Source of the DNA: an uncultured Candidatus Saccharibacteria bacterium
GTDB taxonomy: Bacteria; Patescibacteriota; Doudnabacteria; UBA920
Reading direction: 5' to 3'
Length of the DNA stretch: 64,000 nucleotides
Assembly (NCBI GenBank): GCA_964532425.1
Contig: CAZHIA010000003.1
Location: forward strand, 5,594-69,593
Shown here: one piece after another, positions 30,171 through 38,562 of the stretch
Layout of the letters: every line of letters starts with the position of its first letter
Numbering within the stretch: position 1 is the stretch's first letter
The notes under the pieces: model-generated
The model's input: only the letters and a program-made list of their open reading frames with translations
What the model was told of the DNA's origin: nothing
Databases searched by the model: none
Program-made: the position numbers and the translations under genes

Positions 30171-30264
30171 AGATATATGTTAACTTTTTAGCTCCTTAGC
30201 TCATAACGGGTGCGTTGTGTAGTCCGTAATAAGCTAACGAGCAGAAAGCTAAGCCCGAGAGAGC

Positions 30265-30378
30265 TTAACCTTGGCGCTGCTTATGCTTGGGATTTTCGCA
30301 AATGATATAAATGCGACCGAACCGCTTTACCACCTTACACTTCTTGCACATCGGTTTCACACTGGCGCGTACTTTCAT
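30265..30378 (-). CDS. rpmJ: 50S ribosomal protein L36 (37 aa; below ORF-track cutoff)
   Basis: Minus-strand translation [37 protein letters not shown], the zinc-ribbon L36 signature C..C...C..H. Confidence 0.85.
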   Translation of the reverse strand: MKVRASVKPMCKKCKVVKRFGRIYIICENPKHKQRQG

Positions 30379-30485
30379 ACAGTTAAAAATTCAAAATTAA
30401 AATTTAAAGTTGACTAAAACGCCTGCAAAGCCCCGGCGTTGACCCTGTTGGGCGGCGGGATAGGCTTTGCGCTGTTAACTTGTAA

Positions 30486-30737
30486 TTATCTGAGTCGTCT
30501 GGTGATTCGTCCTCGAGACAAATCATACGGCGTAAACTCCATGATAACCCGGTCTCCAGGGAGGACCCGGATCTTGTTCATGTGCATTTTTCCGGACAGA
30601 TGTCCTAAAACCAGCTGGCCTGAGTCCAGCTGGACACGAAAAATGGCATTAGGCAAATTCTCGATGACTTTGCCCTCGAGCTCAATGACGTCTTTCTTTG
30701 TCCCAGACTTCCCAAAGTCTTGATTACGGTTTTGCAA
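30486..30737 (-). CDS. infA: translation initiation factor IF-1 (apparent TTG start)
   Basis: [68 protein letters not shown] matches the IF-1 S1-like fold. The ORF track's first codon is TTG and there is no in-frame ATG. Confidence 0.85.
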   Translation of the reverse strand: MQNRNQDFGKSGTKKDVIELEGKVIENLPNAIFRVQLDSGQLVLGHLSGKMHMNKIRVLPGDRVIMEFTPYDLSRGRITRRLR

Positions 30738-30907
30738 AGAAGGTATTTGAATTTATTAAATTCCCGTATATTATAGCACAGGTTCCAAATATGTCAAATA
30801 TAATGGTGACTTTAGCTGTCAGCTTACAGCTTATAACTTTCAGTTTGACAATTTATCAATAAATCAGTATAAATAATTTTACCAATAACCCTTTAAAATA
30901 GCATGAT

Positions 30908-30947
30908 TTATTAAGAAAAACCTCCGCCAACAGTGGAGGTTTTTTTG
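30908..30947 (-). terminator. rho-independent terminator (hairpin AAACCTCCGCCAAC/GTGGAGGTTT)
   Basis: Downstream of the 30996..32690 gene. Flanked by AGCTTATAGCT-type motifs. Confidence 0.6.
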
Positions 30948-30995
30948 GCTTCTGCTATAAGCTAATACCTATAACCTGAAAGCTTCTCGTTTTAA

Positions 30996-32690
30996 CTACT
31001 TTTCCACCCTCACCTCTATCTCCCGGGCAAACCATGGGAAGCTGTTTTGCCAGGACGGAGCTATTGTAATATCAATCTGCTCGATCTGCTGGTTAGATTT
31101 CAGTATTTCATTGGCTTGTTGGCGGGACTTCCCGACGAGTTGGGATTTTATGTCACCGAGATCCAGGTCATACACAGCCTTGCTTTCATAATGTACGGTT
31201 ATAACCGCCAGGTTCTGATTCAGGTCGATCGACTTTAACTTATAGTTGATTGGATCGGGGGAAGATTCTAAAACCTTGTCAGCTGACAATGTCGAACCAA
31301 TGCGGTCAGAGATGAGCTTTTTGAGCTCATCCTGGTTAAATGCAAGCCCGGTCACCTTAGCCTTCAAGGTGGCGGTAAAACTAGGACTCTCTGCTCCCGC
31401 AGCTTTGTCAGTAGTGAAGGACAACGGTTCCAGCATGTAAGATTTTTGGGCAAAACTCAGGTTTTGACCGGCCAGTTTATCATTTAGCTCATTGAGCAGC
31501 TTCTGGCCAAGCGCGGCCTGGCTGCTCGCGATGTCCTGCTCAGAAACGACCGATAAATACCTGGTGGTACCTCCGGTCACGGCTGTGGCAGTTTTAGCGA
31601 ATAGGAATTGGGGCTTGCTGCCGAAAACCTGGTTAGATATTTCCATGCGGGTACCGGCAGGCACGTTCGAGTCTTCCCCGCCCTGCTGCGCTATGACCTC
31701 TACCGGTTCTGATAGGGTAGCTTCATCTACTTCTTTTGTATAAGGATTTTTATACGCAGTCGGTCGGATGCCGGAAACATCCTCGGTAAGCACATACGTT
31801 TTACTACCGACCGTAAAGGTGGTCGTCGAAGCTTTTAAATTCAGGGGTGCCCGGGTAAAATTATAAATTTGTACCGTTCCCAGCGCCCGGTTCCCTACCT
31901 GTTTTTTCCCCTGGCTGTCGTACTTGCCGCTGACTTCTACGGTGTCAGATACCGGGGTACCGGGAAGCTGCAGCGCATCAGGATTCGGCTGCTGTGTCTG
32001 ACTGCTGATGGTAATTTCCATATCGCGCGTGATCGGCTCTGTCTTTGGGTATACGACCACCGAAGCGCGCGGAAGCACCACAAACACCAGGACCAAAATG
32101 ATAACCAGCGACAACGCTACCAGCCCCGTCAGAAACCTGCCATAAAAGTGACTGCGCTTCTTGGCTGTTTCTTCCTGGTTTGTGAACGGGAGTTGTTCTT
32201 CGTCAAAGATCAGATCGGATGTATCCTCCCCGGGAGCGTCCTTATAAACTGTTTTGTGGGTCACCTCTACTTTCGGGGCGGCGCGATGGACCTTCGACTC
32301 ATGAGACTTCTCTGTGTGTTTGATTGGTTCGGAATGTTTGACTGCGACCTTGCTTGCGGCAGCCGGTTTTTTTGCGATCTGGGTGGAAATAGGATGGGTC
32401 GGCCGGACATCGGATACCGCGCTGGGCGACTTGGGCCGCGGGAGAGTTTTCAACCCAAACCCGGCTTCTTTGGCGTATAGTTGGCCGCGTTCATCCATGG
32501 TAAGGATAAAAACCTCCCTGCCCAGCAGGTCGACCTGCTTCTTAAGCAGTCTCAGGTTTATGCTGTCATTAAATAAAAAACAGCGCTTTGGACAGACCAA
32601 AACCAGCTGCTCGGCCTTCTCGCGCTTGATCCGGGTTACGATCTTGGAAACATCATCTTCGAGATTGATATAGATGCTGGGTATGGGCAT
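30996..32690 (-). CDS. hypothetical single-pass membrane protein (564 aa)
   Basis: About 190-aa cytoplasmic N-terminus, K/H/P-rich linker, one TM (FLTGLVALSLVIILVLVFVVL), about 350-aa extracytoplasmic domain. No family recognised. Confidence 0.5.
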   Translation of the reverse strand: MPIPSIYINLEDDVSKIVTRIKREKAEQLVLVCPKRCFLFNDSINLRLLKKQVDLLGREVFILTMDERGQLYAKEAGFGLKTLPRPKSPSAVSDVRPTHPISTQIAKKPAAASKVAVKHSEPIKHTEKSHESKVHRAAPKVEVTHKTVYKDAPGEDTSDLIFDEEQLPFTNQEETAKKRSHFYGRFLTGLVALSLVIILVLVFVVLPRASVVVYPKTEPITRDMEITISSQTQQPNPDALQLPGTPVSDTVEVSGKYDSQGKKQVGNRALGTVQIYNFTRAPLNLKASTTTFTVGSKTYVLTEDVSGIRPTAYKNPYTKEVDEATLSEPVEVIAQQGGEDSNVPAGTRMEISNQVFGSKPQFLFAKTATAVTGGTTRYLSVVSEQDIASSQAALGQKLLNELNDKLAGQNLSFAQKSYMLEPLSFTTDKAAGAESPSFTATLKAKVTGLAFNQDELKKLISDRIGSTLSADKVLESSPDPINYKLKSIDLNQNLAVITVHYESKAVYDLDLGDIKSQLVGKSRQQANEILKSNQQIEQIDITIAPSWQNSFPWFAREIEVRVEK

Positions 32691-32749
32691 ACAAAAATAG
32701 CTGTTTACCTACAGCTATTGTAGGATAATCGGAAAAGGAAGGCAAGGGA

Positions 32750-32863
32750 AAAGAAATGACAAAAATGACATAATTGAACAAAATTGACAAAATTATATAA
32801 CTGCATCTGCAGTTTAATTTTGTCAATTTTGTTCAATTTTTTTAAATTTTGCTCAATTCCCCC
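32750..32863. repeat. composite intergenic palindrome (TTGACAAAAT family), copy 2
   Basis: GAACAAAATTGACAAAATTA TATAACTGCATCTGCAGTT TAATTTTGTCAATTTTGTTC: perfect 20-bp inverted arms around a CTGCATCTGCAG core. Confidence 0.8.
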
Positions 32864-34030
32864 TTATACCAAGCCCTTATACCCTAATCGCTTCGTAAAG
32901 CTGATATTTTTGCTGTTCTCCACCTGCGGCTGGTTGAACGGGTCCACGCCGCGCAGCGCTGAAGCGTAGACTGCGTAGAGCTGCCAGAACGCGGTCAACT
33001 GACCGATCTCCTGGGCCGAAAAACCGGCTGCCGCCAAGTGGACCAGCGGAATGCCGTGAATGCGGGCGTCCTCCATGGTGCCCTGCAATTCGCATTCCAT
33101 AGATTGCTCCAGTGGAATTTTGTTCAGGTCAAAGAGCGCCCGACTCTTCAGTTGTACGCTGTGGATGGAAGCCGGCAAAATATTCACGGTCGGATGCAAA
33201 AAAGTCTCAGTTGAAACAAAGAACCCGCAGATATTTTTTTGCCCTCCGAAAAACCGCTGATTGGTATGATGCTGGGATTCCGGCGCCTCATGGGCAAAAT
33301 ATGTCTGGCCTTTACCGTCCTTGCCGAATGATTCGTGGCACAGCTGGACGATTAGACTGCTGAGTGGAAACAGATTGTGGCTATAGAACGGCATAAAGAC
33401 GTCCACATACCCATCCTGTTCCAGCTGCCAGAACACGCTCGCGGCCTTAAAAGCCAGATTGTCTTTCGGATACTGGGCGTAAACTGCCCGGGCGCCTTCA
33501 TAGAGGCTTTTCACATCCAGCCCACAAATCGCAGCCGGCAACAGCCCGACTTCGGTCAAGCCAGTGTACCTGCCGCCGATCGGCGGATGCATGACAATCT
33601 CCATTTTCAGCTTTTCCGCAATCGCCCGTACCGGACTGGACCTACCGGTTACCACCACCATGGGATACTCGGTAAACTGCATCATCGCCTCTATCTGCGT
33701 TGTGTTTTCGCCGGATTTAGTAATCGCCATGACCAGTGTATTCTCTGGTTTGAGGGCACTCTTGAGCTCGTAAATATAATCAGGGTCAGTAGTATTCAAA
33801 AAAAATGCACGTTTGGTTGCCTGGTACTTCAAGGCGTGGTAAAAGCCGTAAAAACTCGTAATACTGCCGCCATGACCGATGACCAAAATATTTTCGTACG
33901 CCGTGAACTCTCTGGCATATTTGTCCATCAGATCAAAATCCGGCTGATAGCCCAAAAACGCCGGCGCTTCGGGCAAAAGCTGGAGGTCAAGCGTTTCCGG
34001 CTCAGGGCAATTATAAAAATCGAGTTTCAT
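32864..34030 (-). CDS. pgi: glucose-6-phosphate isomerase (SIS-domain PGI)
   Basis: VIGHGGSITSFYGFYHAL and MAITKSGENTTQ (SKSG-T motif) of phosphoglucose isomerase. Confidence 0.65.
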   Translation of the reverse strand: MKLDFYNCPEPETLDLQLLPEAPAFLGYQPDFDLMDKYAREFTAYENILVIGHGGSITSFYGFYHALKYQATKRAFFLNTTDPDYIYELKSALKPENTLVMAITKSGENTTQIEAMMQFTEYPMVVVTGRSSPVRAIAEKLKMEIVMHPPIGGRYTGLTEVGLLPAAICGLDVKSLYEGARAVYAQYPKDNLAFKAASVFWQLEQDGYVDVFMPFYSHNLFPLSSLIVQLCHESFGKDGKGQTYFAHEAPESQHHTNQRFFGGQKNICGFFVSTETFLHPTVNILPASIHSVQLKSRALFDLNKIPLEQSMECELQGTMEDARIHGIPLVHLAAAGFSAQEIGQLTAFWQLYAVYASALRGVDPFNQPQVENSKNISFTKRLGYKGLV

Positions 34031-34066
34031 ATTTTTAGCTTATAGCTTTTAGCTGTCAGCTTATAG

Positions 34067-34432
34067 TCAGGCAGCGGGTGTTAATTTTTTGATAATTACA
34101 TTTAACATTTTCATTACCTCTATCGCGAGGGAAACGACTTTGGCATATGATTGTTCATCGCAAAATCCAAGTTTGTGAGCAATCTCTATTTGCGTTTCCA
34201 ATTCCGCCCCTGAGGCCAAGGCAATAATTAAGAACTGACGAAAGTCCTTCCTCGTTCCGCGTGTCCTCCCTTCCGCAATATTCGACGGAATGGACACGGC
34301 ACACCTTCTGCTTTGCGAAACCAAACCGAACAATTCGGATTTGGGATAGCATGATGTCATTTGATATACAGCAATAACCAAATCCATCGATTTCTGCCAA
34401 ACGATTAAATTTCGATAGCTCTCGATTGGCAT
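34067..34432 (-). CDS. four-helix-bundle protein (TIGR02436; 23S rRNA intervening-sequence protein family)
   Basis: YRNLIVWQKSMDLVIAVYQMTSCYPKSELFGLVSQSRRCAVSIPSNIAEGRTRGTRKDFRQFLIIALASGAELETQIEIA is a near-consensus match to this family. Flanked by inverted AGCTTATAGCT-type repeats. Confidence 0.85.
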   Translation of the reverse strand: MPIESYRNLIVWQKSMDLVIAVYQMTSCYPKSELFGLVSQSRRCAVSIPSNIAEGRTRGTRKDFRQFLIIALASGAELETQIEIAHKLGFCDEQSYAKVVSLAIEVMKMLNVIIKKLTPAA

Positions 34433-34467
34433 TGGTGTTCTATAAGCTATAAGCTGGAAGCTAAAAG

Positions 34468-36288
34468 CTACTCAACCGTCGCCTTAATCCTCCTCACTCC
34501 TGCCGAGGAGGCTTCTTCTTTTTGTATTTTGAAATTACCGATCATTCCGGTATGTTCGACGTGCGGGCCGCCGCAAAATTCGCGGGAGACTACTTCATCC
34601 GTTTTGGGATCGTATACGGTATAGACGGAGACCGTATCCCCGTATTTTTCTCCGAATACGCCGATGGCATTCAATTTCTTAGCTTCTTCCAAAGGTAAAA
34701 CATCTTTTTTCACCGTTAGATCACGATTGATCCAATTATTAACCATTTTCTCGACTTCCTGCTTCTGTTCGTCGGTCATTTTTTCGCCATGCGTAAAATC
34801 GAACCGCGTGCGTTCTTCGGTAATATTACTCCCCTTTTGCCAGACGCTGTCGCCAAGCACTTTGCGCAAAGCAGCGTTCATCAAGTGGGTAGCCGTATGC
34901 AGCCTCACGATCTTGTCACTATGACTGGCTAAGCCGCCTTTAAATTGGCCTGCACTGGCTGTGCGGGAAAGTTCCTGGTGCTTTTTGAACTCCGATTCGA
35001 ACTCGGTCTTGTCGATTTGCTGGCCCATTGATTCGGCAAGTTCTTTGGTCAGCTCCCAGGGAAAGCCGAAAGTTTGGTAGAGATCGAAGGCATCCTTGCC
35101 GGTTAACCCCTGCTCCCCTGTACGGGAGGGTCGCGACCCTCCCCTACTCTGTATGATCTTTTCAAATTCCTTCAAGCCCTTTTCCAGCGTGGCCTCGAAC
35201 TTCTTCTGCTCTCCCTCGATCACGGCAAATATCCGCTCCGACTTATCGATCAAATCAGGATACGCTTCGGCATACGTTGCCACTACTTTGCCGATCAAAG
35301 CCTTCAGCCATTCATGCTTGAGTCCTAAAAGTCTTCCCATGACCATGGCGCGGCGCAGCAGGCGACGCAAAACGTAGCCGCGATCCTTATTGGACGGATC
35401 TACGCCGTCACCCACGATAAAGACCGAAGCCCTGATGTGGTCAAGCACGATCCGGGCTTTTTTCACCTCGTCGTTGGTCATAATGGCCTGGTCCAAGGCG
35501 ATCACTTCCCACATCGGTTTGAACAGCTCGGTATCGTAGACGGAACTGTGGCCATTCAAAGCGACCAGGGTACGGTCTAAACCCATACCGGTATCAACAT
35601 TCGGCTTTGGCAGCGGGGTCAGCGTACCGTCCGCATGCTTTTCGAACTGCATAAAAACGTCGTTCCAGATCTCGACCCAGCGCTTGTCGTTCTTCGTCTC
35701 CGCAAAATTCTTCGGCGCTGGAGTGCCGTCATCAACCCAATAGAACATTTCCGTATCCGGCCCGCACGGCCCGGTCGTTCCCGCAATCCACCAGTTATCT
35801 TCCTTAGGCAAATACGCAATACGCTCTTCGGGCACGCCAAGAGATTTCCACATCGAAGCCGCTTCTTCGTCGCGCGGAGCATCACTGTCACCGGCGAAGA
35901 CCGAAAACGCCAAACGCTCGAGCGGCAGCCCGAGATGTTTTGGATCGGTCAAAAATTCGAAGCTCCAGGAAATGGCTTCTTTCTTGAAATAGTCGCCAAA
36001 GCTCCAATTGCCGAGCATTTCGAAAAACGTCAGGTGGGTGTTATCCCCGACTTCGTCGATATCGCCGGTACGGATGCACTTTTGCACATCGGTCACGCGC
36101 GTACCGCCCGGATGATTCTCGCCCAAAAGGTACGGCACCAGCGGATGCATGCCGGCAGTGGTGAACAAAACGGAAGAGTCATTTTCCGGCACCAGACTGG
36201 CGGACGGAATTATTGTGTGGCCTTTGGACTTGAAGAATTCCAAATATTTGGTACGGAGTTCTTGGGCTGTAATGTGGGACATAAGCAA
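34468..36288 (-). CDS. alaS: alanine--tRNA ligase, short form (catalytic, tRNA-recognition and editing domains; no C-Ala domain)
   Basis: ELRTKYLEFFKSKGHTIIPSASLVPENDSSVLFTTAGM ... FEMLGNWSFGDYFK ... HTATHLMNAALRKVLGDSVWQKGSNITEERTRFDFTH editing motif. 606 aa. Carries the in-frame palindromic insertion at 35120-35147. Confidence 0.9.
   Translation of the reverse strand: MLMSHITAQELRTKYLEFFKSKGHTIIPSASLVPENDSSVLFTTAGMHPLVPYLLGENHPGGTRVTDVQKCIRTGDIDEVGDNTHLTFFEMLGNWSFGDYFKKEAISWSFEFLTDPKHLGLPLERLAFSVFAGDSDAPRDEEAASMWKSLGVPEERIAYLPKEDNWWIAGTTGPCGPDTEMFYWVDDGTPAPKNFAETKNDKRWVEIWNDVFMQFEKHADGTLTPLPKPNVDTGMGLDRTLVALNGHSSVYDTELFKPMWEVIALDQAIMTNDEVKKARIVLDHIRASVFIVGDGVDPSNKDRGYVLRRLLRRAMVMGRLLGLKHEWLKALIGKVVATYAEAYPDLIDKSERIFAVIEGEQKKFEATLEKGLKEFEKIIQSRGGSRPSRTGEQGLTGKDAFDLYQTFGFPWELTKELAESMGQQIDKTEFESEFKKHQELSRTASAGQFKGGLASHSDKIVRLHTATHLMNAALRKVLGDSVWQKGSNITEERTRFDFTHGEKMTDEQKQEVEKMVNNWINRDLTVKKDVLPLEEAKKLNAIGVFGEKYGDTVSVYTVYDPKTDEVVSREFCGGPHVEHTGMIGNFKIQKEEASSAGVRRIKATVE
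35120..35147. mobile_element. 28-bp palindromic element GTACGGGAGGGTCGCGACCCTCCCCTAC inserted in-frame in alaS
   Basis: Near-perfect palindrome centred on TCGCGA. Same architecture and termini as the elements at 59381, 39389 and 41359. Encodes the GGSRPSRTGEQG-type insert in AlaRS. Confidence 0.6.
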
Positions 36289-36383
36289 TAGTTATTTCAC
36301 GGATACACGGACTTCGCGGATGACGCGGAGCCCTTCAGCGGAATCCGCGTTTTCAGCGTATCCGCGAGAGAACTGAAATTGAG
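36289..36383 (-). promoter_or_regulatory. alaS upstream leader with multiple CGCGGA/TCCGCG inverted repeats
   Basis: CGGATACACGGACTTCGCGGATGACGCGGAG...CGGAATCCGCGTTTTCAGCGTATCCGCG. A possible operator or structured leader (E. coli AlaRS autoregulates via a palindrome at its promoter). Confidence 0.3.
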
Positions 36384-36854
36384 TTAATCAATTTTGTGAT
36401 ATTTCCTTACTAACCACTCCGATACATACCCAGTATACTTTCTTCTTACTTTGTCTGGCATATTTCGGTAGGCTCCAATAATTCCCCGGCAGCTTTCCGT
36501 TTCGCACTTGCACTGCATCCGCCACCAGGTGCTATCCTCGGTCATTTCATAGTCCCAGGTAATCTCCTCGCCAGGTTCTATATCCCGCATCGCCACGACT
36601 TCGACTAAATTCCGAATGCCACAATTCGGCTCGCATGAATGATTGATTAAATGGGCAGATCCGGCCGGCATGCGCCATTTCGCCGGGGCGATTTGAATGG
36701 AGTGGTGAAGCTCGTAGGAAGTAAAGTCGTCCTTTGCCGTAAGTATTTTTCCGTCAAAAGCCTCAACTAACTCCCCTTTCTTAATCTTTTCAGTAACAAA
36801 AACTCCCCAGCCGCCTACGCGACTTTTTTTTACCTTCAATTTCGGATTTTTCAT
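36384..36854 (-). CDS. SET-domain protein (putative protein-lysine methyltransferase)
   Basis: NHSCEPNC and EITWDY motifs plus a C-terminal Cys cluster (post-SET-like CKCETESC). Confidence 0.8.
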   Translation of the reverse strand: MKNPKLKVKKSRVGGWGVFVTEKIKKGELVEAFDGKILTAKDDFTSYELHHSIQIAPAKWRMPAGSAHLINHSCEPNCGIRNLVEVVAMRDIEPGEEITWDYEMTEDSTWWRMQCKCETESCRGIIGAYRNMPDKVRRKYTGYVSEWLVRKYHKID

Positions 36855-37060
36855 GAATACTTCTATTCGGAAATGGCCGGGCGGTAAGCCCGGCCAGTCT
36901 ATAATTTTGCAATTTCTGATTACTTGCCGGAGGTGATAAATTTTTTAATTGTAATTCGTTTTGTCTTGTCCGCCAAAGCCTTGCATTGCCCGGCATAACC
37001 CTGCCTACCGGCAGGCAGGTTTATGCGAAGCCGGGGCGACGGCGGATCAATTTTATTTAT

Positions 37061-38383
37061 TTACTTCGTCACTTCTTCCAAGGCCTTGTCCATCTGAGGA
37101 TCCTGGCCCTTGTCCACGTTCTCCTGGGTCAAGGTAACCTTCACGTCCGGTTCCAAACCGTCATGGTTCAGGTTTTTGCCGCCCGGGGTGATCCACTTGG
37201 CCACTGTGATCTTTAAGGCACTGCCGTCTTTAAGGGAAACTAATTCTTGGACACTACCCTTGCCGAAGCTCTTTTCTCCAATAAGTTCCGCTGCCTGGTG
37301 GTCATGCAAAGCTCCGGAAAGGATTTCCGCAGCCGAAGCGCTGCCGCCGTTAATCAGAACCACGGTTTTCACACCTTTAAGCTTGGCCTGGCCTTCCGCA
37401 TTGTATTTGGTCGGGTCACCCTCGCTCTTGGCTTCGGTTACCACCAGGTCTCCGGGAGCAAGCCAGTTGGAAGCCACGTCGACTGCAGTCTGCAAATAAC
37501 CGCCAGGGTTGTTGCGTAAATCGATCACAATCCCATTAACGTTCTTGGTCAGGATATCGTTCACTGCCTGGTCAAACAAGGGCTTAGTATCGTCGCCGAA
37601 CTGGGAAAGGGTAACGACTGCAATTTTCTTTCCATTCACATCTTTATAATCCCACTTCACGCTCTTCACTTTAATCTCGTCACGCACGATCGGCACATCG
37701 AACGGTTTATCCTTGCCCTGGCGGATGATCGTAAGCGTCACTTTGGTACCTTTGTCGCCGCGGATCTTGGCCACTGCCTGATCAACTGACCATTCAGCGG
37801 TCGATTGGCCATTGACCGCAGCCACTACGTCTTTGGCCTGCAGTCCCGCTTTTTGTGCAGGTGAACCGTCAATGGGCGCCACAATAGTAATGACACCGTT
37901 CTTCTGTCCGATCTCAGCGCCAATGCCGAAGAATTTGCCGCTTAGGTTTGTTTGGAAATCTTTTAATTCCTGCGGTTCAAAAAATGTAGTGTAAGGATCA
38001 CCTACCGAAGACACAGCTCCCTGGATGGCACCATACAACACCTTTTGCTGATCAACCGGCTTATCGATGTACTTGCTGTTTAACGTGCTGACAGCGTCCC
38101 ACAGCAGGTTATAATCCACTACTTGCGGCTGATTGGCTTGGTTGACGACCTTAAATTCCTTAGGAATAAAAATAAAGCCTCGATGGCCGGCGGCATATCC
38201 CGCACCGTAGCTGATTCCGACAATGAGCAGGACGGCGATGATTCTCACAAACAAATTATTACGGAGCGGAGCCGGGACAGCAGCGGAAGCAAGCGGTGCG
38301 GCAGCAGGCACAGCATGGGCGCTGGGGGCCTGAGGGACCGGAGGTTGCGCATTCTGGTTCTGGCTGTTTTCAGATGAATCCAT
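37061..38383 (-). CDS. ctpA: carboxyl-terminal processing protease (S41, PDZ-containing)
   Basis: PDZ segment GIGAEIGQKNGVITIVAPIDGSPAQKAGLQAKDVV and S41 catalytic region GGSASAAEILSGALHDH. N-terminal TM anchor. Confidence 0.88.
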   Translation of the reverse strand: MDSSENSQNQNAQPPVPQAPSAHAVPAAAPLASAAVPAPLRNNLFVRIIAVLLIVGISYGAGYAAGHRGFIFIPKEFKVVNQANQPQVVDYNLLWDAVSTLNSKYIDKPVDQQKVLYGAIQGAVSSVGDPYTTFFEPQELKDFQTNLSGKFFGIGAEIGQKNGVITIVAPIDGSPAQKAGLQAKDVVAAVNGQSTAEWSVDQAVAKIRGDKGTKVTLTIIRQGKDKPFDVPIVRDEIKVKSVKWDYKDVNGKKIAVVTLSQFGDDTKPLFDQAVNDILTKNVNGIVIDLRNNPGGYLQTAVDVASNWLAPGDLVVTEAKSEGDPTKYNAEGQAKLKGVKTVVLINGGSASAAEILSGALHDHQAAELIGEKSFGKGSVQELVSLKDGSALKITVAKWITPGGKNLNHDGLEPDVKVTLTQENVDKGQDPQMDKALEEVTK

Positions 38384-38464
38384 AAAAAATCTTATATTTT
38401 CCTGTTAAATATAATGAGCAGATGGGAATATTATAACACAAATAGGTTGCGTGATGCCAATAAA

Positions 38465-38562
38465 ACATTTAACCTTTGACAATTGACATTTAACCGATGA
38501 AATCAAAATCATCGTGTGGCATTATGTCAAAAGTTAAAGGTCACAGGTCAAATGTTGGGAAC
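38465..38562. repeat. intergenic word-repeat element (ACATTTAACC/TTGACA family)
   Basis: AACATTTAACCTTTGACAATTGACATTTAACC ... AAAGTTAAAGGTCACAGGTCAAATGTTGG. Confidence 0.6.

Noticed and set aside
33377-34045. 222-aa plus-strand ORF overlapping pgi
   Set aside because: Antisense shadow ORF. pgi on the minus strand has recognisable SIS/PGI motifs.
35635-36291. 218-aa plus-strand ORF overlapping alaS
   Set aside because: Antisense to the AlaRS catalytic domain. Arg-rich low-complexity translation.
36855-37060. Possible riboswitch or structured RNA between ctpA and the SET gene (hairpins GGCCGGGCGGTAAGCCCGGCC and CCTGCCTACCGGCAGGCAGG)
   Set aside because: The hairpins are adequately explained as the ctpA terminator and an upstream stem. 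No recognisable riboswitch consensus.
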